Below, one piece after another: positions 7,551-13,770 of a stretch of DNA of 13,770 nt; position 1 is the stretch's first letter; every line of letters starts with the position of its first letter. This DNA is from Candidatus Heimdallarchaeota archaeon. GTDB taxonomy: Archaea; Asgardarchaeota; Heimdallarchaeia; Heimdallarchaeales; Heimdallarchaeaceae. Location: the NCBI GenBank assembly GCA_021399395.1, contig JAAFKJ010000107.1, forward strand, positions 1-13,770. Direction: 5' to 3'. A program made the translations under genes and the position numbers. A model generated the notes under the pieces. It did not search any database. It saw only the letters and a program-made list of their open reading frames with translations, and was not told where the DNA came from.

Positions 7551-7910
7551 TCACAGATAATTTACCAATAAGAGAGCTTTTCTCTTTGATTCTATTGATA
7601 ACAAACTTAAGTTTGCATTTTTGCTACTTATTGTTGTTAGGATTGTAATATTATTAACGACATAGAAGATTACACAGAACTCATTCAATTCATATGTGAC
7701 TTTGTTGAGGTTACCTGATTTCATTTCTAATGATACTTTGTCAACATTTGCTTTGCACCATTGAATTGTTCTAAGCAATTTATGGGAATATTTTTCCTTG
7801 AATGAAGAATCAACTACATTTCCATCAATACGAAATAAAATTGATGCTTCTACTTCATCCAGATGAGTTAAATCTTCTAGTTCAGAGTTAATTCCCGATT
7901 TAGAACTCAT
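7551..7910 (-). CDS. Roadblock/LC7 (MglB/LAMTOR-like) domain protein, 119 aa
   Basis: Helix-VEASILFRIDGNVVDS-helix-GNLNKVTYEL-three strands-ANLSLL C-terminal helix fits the Roadblock fold pattern. ATGA overlap with the upstream KaiC-like stop. Confidence 0.85.
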   Translation of the reverse strand: MSSKSGINSELEDLTHLDEVEASILFRIDGNVVDSSFKEKYSHKLLRTIQWCKANVDKVSLEMKSGNLNKVTYELNEFCVIFYVVNNITILTTISSKNANLSLLSIESKRKALLLVNYL

Positions 7911-8839
7911 TTCTTAACCTCTTGCAGTATTTGCTTATCAGTTAGAACTTCTACTAGTTCCATGTTTTGTATGGTATCCTTTTTCTCTCTTTCACCAAGA
8001 AGGTTTTTTGCAATTTGAGCTATTATTCGCTTCTTTGGATCTTTGTCCTTTGAAAGATCCTTCACTTTCTTCATTAGTTCTTGATATCTGATATCATATA
8101 CTACAGTATCCATAGCAACTGTTTCAACAGAACTAGTATCAATAGCAATACCTGGTCCATTAACAAAATTCAGAGGATATATTCCTTCATGGTGTGGAGT
8201 TTTACGAGATTTTATAATTTTACAAGTACGATTATATTTTCCACCTAATCCCAAGTTTTGAATATGAACTACGCTATCTGATAAGTATATAGGAACTCTT
8301 GTTTCTGTAGCTCCAATATCTGTCTGTCCAAATGCATTTGGTTCTTCAATAGTTTGTAGAACAGTTCCCAAAGAACTTAGATGCTGATAGATTTTTGTTA
8401 AAACCTTTCTTTGTTCTTTTTCTGATGGAAATTCCCACAAAATAGGAGTTAATGGATCTAAAACTATCCTTGTATGTTTAACATTCCTGTGTTTAAGCTT
8501 CTGTGCTAAAGCTGGAAGAATATTTGTCATAAATTCAACAATTTTTTCACTTTCTACTAGATGGATTAAATCTTCTGAGTCATTTGTTAACCCTCTAATA
8601 TCTATACCTAGAGCTTCAGCTTCACCGATAAGTTTAGACGGTGTTTCTTCAAACGACAAGTATAGTGTATGGTCACCGTTTAGCAAGCCTTGATATAAAT
8701 ATGCTAAAGCAAAAGTAGTTTTTCCTGTTCCGCTACTTCCAACTATTGAGTTAACTGAATTCTTAATCATTCCACCTTGTAAGAGTACATCAATACCCTC
8801 TATACCAGAGGAAATTCTTTCAGTGTTTATCATTGACAT
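7907..8839 (-). CDS. Single-domain KaiC/RAD55/GvpD-family ATPase with a C-terminal helical extension, 310 aa
   Basis: RISSGIEGIDVLLQGG, Walker A GSSGTGKT, catalytic YLSFEE, Walker B RIVLDPLT, YLSDSVV and KxR finger IIKSRKTPH. TATA-like TTTATTTA upstream (8862-8869, minus strand). Confidence 0.9.
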   Translation of the reverse strand: MSMINTERISSGIEGIDVLLQGGMIKNSVNSIVGSSGTGKTTFALAYLYQGLLNGDHTLYLSFEETPSKLIGEAEALGIDIRGLTNDSEDLIHLVESEKIVEFMTNILPALAQKLKHRNVKHTRIVLDPLTPILWEFPSEKEQRKVLTKIYQHLSSLGTVLQTIEEPNAFGQTDIGATETRVPIYLSDSVVHIQNLGLGGKYNRTCKIIKSRKTPHHEGIYPLNFVNGPGIAIDTSSVETVAMDTVVYDIRYQELMKKVKDLSKDKDPKKRIIAQIAKNLLGEREKKDTIQNMELVEVLTDKQILQEVKK

Positions 8840-8994
8840 CTATATTTATATCCAAACAAGCTAAATAAACTCCACAATTTCCTTTTTGCAGTTCTATTGC
8901 TATTAGGTTGTGATTCTTCGTGAAATTTTGGGATTTTATTAATCAACGAGGGGAACATTTTATAATAGAATCAAATCTAATTTCTTCGAGAACT

Positions 8995-9753
8995 ATGAGT
9001 TCATTCTTTCAGAAAATAAAAGATTTATTTGGCTCAGAGGATAAGAAATTCAAATTATTGTTACTAGAAGAGCTAGAAAATAAGAATTTCATCAATATAA
9101 GAAAACTTGAATCAAAACTCAATTTAGAGAAACGTTATGTTTCCATAAGAAAACTATTAACCTCAAACAGTATATCTGGCGTATTTCTCCCAGAAAAATC
9201 GTTTTTCTTTTCTATTACTGATGATGATCTTAACGAAATTCGTAGCACTTTGAAGAAACAAGGAGAACTAGGATTAACACAACTTAAGAATCGCTGGAAC
9301 ATCACAGAGAAAACCTTAATCCCCTTTCTGCAGCATTTGGATAAAGGTTTGATAGGTGGAGATAAATTCTATTCTATTAATTACCTTCATAATTCATTTG
9401 CATCTCTTCTTAGGAATGTGGAGGAATATGACATTCAAGAAATTCAAAAGAAATACAATATTGATGTGGATCAAATCACACATACGATTAGAGAACTGAT
9501 TAATGAGAAAGAGATTAATGGAGTAATACAAGATGAAATCATGTTTCTAGGTTCCCGTCAATTTGAATCCATTATATCTGAGTTTATTGAGGAGAATCTA
9601 GAAGACTCTTTAGAAATGACTTTTGAGAGGATTTCAGAAAAATTAAAAGTCTCAGAAGAAGACACCGAGAAGTTTTTAGTAAAATATGTTGATTCTAATC
9701 CACATAAATTGGTTATTTATCCATTAGAGAAAAAGATTATTTTCAAAGGGTAA
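8995..9753 (+). CDS. Tandem winged-helix (PCI/UFL1-like) repeat protein, about 252 aa
   Basis: Four wHTH-like units: FINIRKLESKLNL, GELGLTQLKNRWNITE, YDIQEIQKKYNIDVDQITHTIRELINEKEINGVI and MTFERISEKLKVSEEDTEKFL. TTTATAAT at 8958-8965 lies inside the GTG-started ORF, which favours ATG 8995. The CDS is solid; the family call is tentative. Confidence 0.65.
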   Translation: MSSFFQKIKDLFGSEDKKFKLLLLEELENKNFINIRKLESKLNLEKRYVSIRKLLTSNSISGVFLPEKSFFFSITDDDLNEIRSTLKKQGELGLTQLKNRWNITEKTLIPFLQHLDKGLIGGDKFYSINYLHNSFASLLRNVEEYDIQEIQKKYNIDVDQITHTIRELINEKEINGVIQDEIMFLGSRQFESIISEFIEENLEDSLEMTFERISEKLKVSEEDTEKFLVKYVDSNPHKLVIYPLEKKIIFKG

Positions 9754-9896
9754 TTTTAATTCCTAAAACCTTCAATTTTTTCATCTGATTCATCAAGGAG
9801 TATGGAATTGTTAAAAATGACTTAAGAACAGTTCTATAAAGTTCCGTATAAGGTTTTCTTCACCAATCCATCTTGTGTATCATCCTATTCTGCGTC

Positions 9897-9910
9897 GAAA
9901 TCTTTAAAAT
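9897..9910 (+). promoter_or_regulatory. BRE/TATA promoter of the OSTC-like gene
   Basis: CGAAA-TC-TTTAAAAT about 30 nt upstream of ATG 9941, with no SD, consistent with a short-leader or leaderless transcript. Confidence 0.5.
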
Positions 9911-9940
9911 AGTATATCATATTTCGAGTTTTAGATAAAG

Positions 9941-10375
9941 ATGGCCAGAAAAATACCATGGTTATTTCCAGGAATAAGAAGACCTAGTTTCAGTTTACAT
10001 CAGGTATCTATACGTATCCCTACCCGTATTCCCATAAGTGTTCTGTATGTTTTGATTTATGCAGTCATTTTCTATATCTTTGCAGGTGGGGCTTATATGT
10101 TAGTCAATAAAGACAATTTAATCAGTATTGGTCAATATGGAAATACCCCTCAATTCATAGCTCGTTCTCTACATTTGCAATATCTGATAGAGGGATTAGT
10201 AGCAGGTTTTATCTTTTCATTTGCTGCACTAAGTTTGTATCTGTTTGATTATGCAACAAGATATGCTTTCGATGTTAGTACAGCACAAAAAGTTGAGTTA
10301 ATTGCCACATTATTAATTGTTATCTGGTATGTTGCTATTTTACTGATATTCAGGGCAAAAACGGCAACAGGATAA
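9941..10375 (+). CDS. OST3/OST6-family, OSTC/DC2-like oligosaccharyltransferase subunit (3 TM), 144 aa
   Basis: Three TM helices. FIARSLHLQYLIEGLVAGFIFSFAALSLYLFD aligns by eye with human OSTC as recalled ([32 protein letters not shown]). Also shares the GGxxY motif at the end of TM1, a basic C-terminal FRAK and similar length. Confidence 0.8.
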   Translation: MARKIPWLFPGIRRPSFSLHQVSIRIPTRIPISVLYVLIYAVIFYIFAGGAYMLVNKDNLISIGQYGNTPQFIARSLHLQYLIEGLVAGFIFSFAALSLYLFDYATRYAFDVSTAQKVELIATLLIVIWYVAILLIFRAKTATG

Positions 10376-10377
10376 CT

Positions 10378-11010
10378 TTAATTTTTTATTATTTCTATTC
10401 CTTTTGCAGAAATGGTATAGTATTCTTCTTCATTTTCATGAGTTGCCTTCCAAAGTTTTCTATTTATATGAATCAAAGAAACTTCTCTGTCAATGTAATT
10501 CTTTATTGCTGATCCAGCAACTGGTCTAAATGATTGTTTTTTCCCATCTTTAAATGGTGTTACTTGGTTTGTAAAAATAATTGGAACATTATATTCTCTA
10601 CTAATCATTCGCAAAAAAGCCAATTGTAGATTCAATGATTTAGGTGATTCCTTTTCACCTTTTTCTGTCCTACCCAATCTGAAATGATCAGTTATCCCAT
10701 TTATCGCTACAAATTTATAATCTGTTTTTCCAAGAAAATTCTGGATTTTCATCACAGTTCTTATTTGTTGTTTTTTGTTTAGAAGGCTGATGATGGTAAT
10801 ATTATCTAATTTAACTCCTGAATCTATTAGAATCTCTCGCAGTCTTTGAGCACTAAAGTTTATCTCGCAATCCAGTATTAATGCCTTATTCTCCTTTTTC
10901 AACCCTTTGCATGTTTGATAGAGCATAGTGGTTTTTCCTGAATTAGGTGGCCCTGCAATATGAGTAATACCAATTGGTACAATAGATTTTTCAAGCAAAT
11001 CTAGGAGCAT
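10378..11010 (-). CDS. RadB-like / Rad51-paralog RecA-fold protein, 210 aa
   Basis: Walker A GPPNSGKT, ILDCExxFSAQRL, YNVPIIFTNQV, RPVAG and C-terminal YTISAKGI. No N-terminal HhH domain, so not RadA. Walker B reads VAING. Confidence 0.8.
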   Translation of the reverse strand: MLLDLLEKSIVPIGITHIAGPPNSGKTTMLYQTCKGLKKENKALILDCEINFSAQRLREILIDSGVKLDNITIISLLNKKQQIRTVMKIQNFLGKTDYKFVAINGITDHFRLGRTEKGEKESPKSLNLQLAFLRMISREYNVPIIFTNQVTPFKDGKKQSFRPVAGSAIKNYIDREVSLIHINRKLWKATHENEEEYYTISAKGIEIIKN

Positions 11011-11116
11011 AGTAACATCACATATGTTTCAATTGTTTAAATATTTGTTTCTTGATATTTAATTATTTTACAGAAAAGCTACTTCTGAGAAATCTTCAAC
11101 GTTTAATTTCTTCATT

Positions 11117-11341
11117 TCATACTAGAATCAAATAAAGTACTAAAGATATAGCAATAAGACCTAACCCTTTCATTATTTTGTGTAAGTGAAATTTCATGTT
11201 TCTATCTATAACCGCTTTGCATGTTTTCTCGACTGTAAACATCAATCCAATAATCAATCCAATTTTAGATATATATAGAATAACTAGGTACATTATATCT
11301 AAGAAGAACTGAAGTGCACTTCCACCTATATCAAATGGCAT
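11117..11341 (-). CDS. Small membrane protein with two hydrophobic helices, 74 aa
   Basis: ATG start, fills the gap between nadE and the RadB-like gene on the same strand, has two TM-like segments separated by a basic loop, and has TATA-like TATTTAAC about 29 nt upstream. Confidence 0.65.
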   Translation of the reverse strand: MPFDIGGSALQFFLDIMYLVILYISKIGLIIGLMFTVEKTCKAVIDRNMKFHLHKIMKGLGLIAISLVLYLILV

Positions 11342-11409
11342 CTATTTCAATATAGATATACCATTGGAAGTTAAATACCCCACAAAAATAATTGATTGCT
11401 AAACTATTA

Positions 11410-12201
11410 TTACTGCCAGTTTCTATCCATTTTGCATATTTTTGGCATTAACCCCTTATGCTTGTTTTTCATTACTAGATTTTTTATTCTGTCAATTTGT
11501 GCTGAACTTAACTCCAAATCCTCTGCTAATTTATCTTCACTAATTTGTTTCTCTAATCCAATTAGAAATTTATCCAATTTTTCATAGGAAACTCCTATTT
11601 CGTCCTCATCTGTTTGGTTTGCCCAAAGACCTGCTGTTGGTGGTTTTTCAATTATTTTTTTATCAATACCAAGTTCTTTGCATATTTTATATAGTTCGGT
11701 TTTGTAAAGATCTCCTATCGGCCACATATCTGCCGCGAGATCTCCAAATTTTGTTCCATATCCAATTGCCAGTTCTGATTTATTTGATGTACCAATAACT
11801 AATTTGTTTTCTAGATTAGCTATGGAGTAAAGAAAGACTGCTCTAATTCTTGCTTTTAGATTTCCTTTAGCCATTCTATCCTCATTTACTTGAGGTAGAA
11901 TTTCGGATATCTCATTTAGAGGATTTGATATCTCAAGAATCTTCAGTTCAATACCAAGTTGATGTGCAATTAGCTTAGCATCATCAGTGTGATTTTTACT
12001 TAATTCTTTTTCAGGTAAATGTACCAAGGTTATATTCTTCTTTCCAATTGCTAAAGCTGTAAGATATGCAACGGCAGCTGAATCGATTCCTCCGCTAAGG
12101 CCTATTACGGCACCTTGAACCGATGCGTTTTCTATTTCTTGTTTGATTGCAGCAACTATTTCTTTAATTGCCTTTTTCTCATTTTTCAGAAACCAATCCA
12201 T
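11410..12201 (-). CDS. nadE: NH3-dependent NAD+ synthetase
   Basis: GLSGGIDSA PP-loop, GNLKARIRA, GTSNKSE, GYGTKFGD, PIGDLYKT, KPPTAGLW-QTDEDEIG and NKHK. No glutaminase domain. Start moved from the TTG at 12270 to the ATG at 12201 (MDWFLK). Confidence 0.96.
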   Translation of the reverse strand: MDWFLKNEKKAIKEIVAAIKQEIENASVQGAVIGLSGGIDSAAVAYLTALAIGKKNITLVHLPEKELSKNHTDDAKLIAHQLGIELKILEISNPLNEISEILPQVNEDRMAKGNLKARIRAVFLYSIANLENKLVIGTSNKSELAIGYGTKFGDLAADMWPIGDLYKTELYKICKELGIDKKIIEKPPTAGLWANQTDEDEIGVSYEKLDKFLIGLEKQISEDKLAEDLELSSAQIDRIKNLVMKNKHKGLMPKICKMDRNWQ

Positions 12202-12277
12202 TTTTAGTCGAGTCTTCTTCAAAAAAATGTTTAATAATCTTCTTCTATGAGTAAGAATGTCCAGAAACAAAGAATTA

Positions 12278-12353
12278 TGGAGCCTCGAAGGGGGTTTGAA
12301 CCCCTGACCTCTGCCTTACCAAGGAAGCGCTCTACCAGCTGAGCTATCGAGGC
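12278..12353 (-). tRNA. tRNA-Thr(GGT), intronless, CCA encoded
   Basis: Minus strand GCCTCGATAGCTCAGCTGGTAGAGCGCTTCCTTGGTAAGGCAGAGGTCAGGGGTTCAAACCCCCTTCGAGGCTCCA. 7-bp acceptor GCCTCGA/TCGAGGC, D arm GCTC/GAGC, anticodon loop TT-GGT-AA, T arm AGGGG-TTCAAAC-CCCCT, U73 discriminator. TTTAAAAA box at 12380-12387. Confidence 0.97.
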
Positions 12354-12572
12354 AAATTAATTGAATTCTTCTTAGATATTTTTTAAAGATTATGATATTA
12401 AGGGGTTCTTTTACTTTCTTTAGAAATGTCTTTCAAATCATTTCTTATTTCAATTAGAACCCATTTTCATCTCTTTTTTGTAGTTTATTCGCAAAAAACA
12501 CCCTAATTTCAAAAATCCACAAAGGGCGAAAAGTCTAAATATACTTTCTTCAAATTCCTAACAAATTGCGCG

Positions 12573-13700
12573 ATGTGGGATAATATGAAAAACCGTTCAT
12601 TAGTATTTATCATAATTTGTTTGCTGACTATAGCAAGTATTCAACCTATTTATTCGGCTACTGAACAACCAACTACTGAAAAACAAATAATTGATTATGT
12701 TATTCTTTACGATGAGTCTCATGGTCAATATTTCAACAGAACTCTTATGACTACTGCATTAGAATCTCTTTCCAATGTAACAGTTCAAGATCCTGAGGTA
12801 GAAATTAGAATAAACGTATTATTCCAAGAAAATGGGACAGAATTCAATTCAACTAATTTACAGGGAATTGATTTATTGATAATAACCAACCCAGGAATAG
12901 ACGACGATGATGTAATTACATCTTCTGAGAGAGACGCTATCTTGGATTATGTTGAACTAGGTGGATCTCTTTTTCTACTCAGTAATCCTCTAACCCAAAG
13001 TGAAAATATAACTGGTCATACTTCAACATTAAATAACTTACTTGCTGCAAGAAGCAATAGACTAACTTCTGCTAGATTTTCCTCATGTCCAGATCAAATC
13101 CATTCTCAAGTTCTTATTGATGATTTTAACAGTACTTATGGAAATGATTCTTTCATAACAATTAATGAATATAACACAACAAAGAACATCCTTACCCAGC
13201 AAATTGATTATTTCTGGCAAGAAGTGGAAATTGATAATGTAACAATATACTCAACTCCCATTACACTAGGAAATGAGAGACCAGATGATGATGACGATAA
13301 TATCGAATTAGCTAAAACCCCATTTACTTCCTATTCAGTTGATGATGAGTACAATATTTTCAGAGATCTAGGAAATGGTTTCCTTACATGGATGTTAAGT
13401 AAGGACTTTGGAAACTCAAGAATGGTCATTTCAGGTTCTACGATTATGTTCAGTGATTATACTATATCTGGAAATTCAACTTGGATTGACGAAAATCAAA
13501 ATCTCGATTTGTGGAATAATCTAATGCTCTGGCTTCTTGAATATACTCCTCATCCCGCTAGAGATCCCCCAGCAATCTGGGTCTTTGAAAATTATGCTTT
13601 AGTTGTTGCTGCTATCTCTATAGTTATTTTTGGTATTTCTGTTTTCATTTATAAATATCGTAGCAAAAGAAGAACTTCAATTAAAATACACACGTTATGA
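12573..13700 (+). CDS. Type I membrane/surface protein with a GIFT (DUF4350/GldG/IFT52/WBP1-like) domain
   Basis: N-terminal signal peptide (start may be ATG 12585). ILYDESHGQ, IDLLIITNP, ILDYVELGGSLFLL, SRMVISGSTIMFSD and NLDLWNNLMLWL are typical of this fold. One C-terminal TM helix with a basic tail, and 10 N-x-S/T sequons in the ectodomain. Confidence 0.75.
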   Translation: MWDNMKNRSLVFIIICLLTIASIQPIYSATEQPTTEKQIIDYVILYDESHGQYFNRTLMTTALESLSNVTVQDPEVEIRINVLFQENGTEFNSTNLQGIDLLIITNPGIDDDDVITSSERDAILDYVELGGSLFLLSNPLTQSENITGHTSTLNNLLAARSNRLTSARFSSCPDQIHSQVLIDDFNSTYGNDSFITINEYNTTKNILTQQIDYFWQEVEIDNVTIYSTPITLGNERPDDDDDNIELAKTPFTSYSVDDEYNIFRDLGNGFLTWMLSKDFGNSRMVISGSTIMFSDYTISGNSTWIDENQNLDLWNNLMLWLLEYTPHPARDPPAIWVFENYALVVAAISIVIFGISVFIYKYRSKRRTSIKIHTL

Positions 13701-13715
13701 AACTTGGTTAAACTT

Positions 13716-13770
13716 GCCAGAAGGCGTCTAACCGTCGTTTAAGTGGGGCCCCTCACGTGTGTTGAGGGGA
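13716..13770. ncRNA. Possible edge of a structured RNA gene (identity and strand unresolved, truncated by the window)
   Basis: 33 of 55 nt are G+C in an otherwise AT-rich window. Hairpin CCCCTCA(13749-13755)/TGAGGGG(13763-13769). No diagnostic motif is visible. Confidence 0.35.

Noticed and set aside
7907-8839. Circadian clock KaiC
   Set aside because: Single ATPase domain and no kaiA/kaiB in the window; a KaiC-like family member rather than a clock protein.
9754-9896. Hidden small ORF or operator in the gap (AAGGAG-T-ATG mini-ORF; AGAAC-A-GTTCT palindrome at 9825-9835)
   Set aside because: The mini-ORF is 7 codons with the SD too close to the ATG, and a 5-bp palindrome is expected by chance.
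11396-11587. Plus-strand 63-aa ORF
   Set aside because: Antisense to the 3' end of nadE with a TTG start.
12278-12353. tRNA as the integration site of a mobile element that includes the ATPase
   Set aside because: No integrase or duplicated tRNA 3' end was seen in the window, and the flanking genes are housekeeping.
13697-13746. SECIS-like element or selenocysteine read-through of the TGA at 13698-13700
   Set aside because: ATGA is followed by partial pairing (GGTTA/TAACC) but there is no matching 3' GA for the quartet, and read-through would add only a few residues before TAA.
1-13770. CRISPR array, transposase or long repeats
   Set aside because: No regularly spaced repeats, terminal inverted repeats or transposase/integrase-like ORFs were seen by eye.

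Overview
AT-rich archaeal chromosomal window. It is most likely from an Asgard archaeon (inference from an archaeal uL1-uL10/P0-P1 operon, TATA-type promoters, and several eukaryote-like proteins: a Rab-like small GTPase, a Roadblock/LC7 protein, an OSTC/DC2-like oligosaccharyltransferase subunit and a tandem winged-helix protein). Left to right: the 3' end of a possible HerA/VirB4-like gene; a membrane-anchored HerA/VirB4-like ATPase with a palindromic operator candidate; rpl1-rpl10(P0)-rpl12(P1) behind a structured leader; a convergent five-gene minus-strand cluster (KaiC-like ATPase, Roadblock, FIST sensor, Rab-like GTPase, CxxC/His protein); a winged-helix repeat protein; an OSTC/DC2-like protein; a RadB-like protein with a degenerate Walker B; a small two-TM protein; nadE; tRNA-Thr(GGT); a GIFT/DUF4350-like type I membrane protein; and a GC-rich structured fragment at the right edge. 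The best candidate for an undescribed system is the KaiC-Roadblock-FIST-GTPase-Zn signalling operon. All family calls come from motif recognition by eye; no searches were run.
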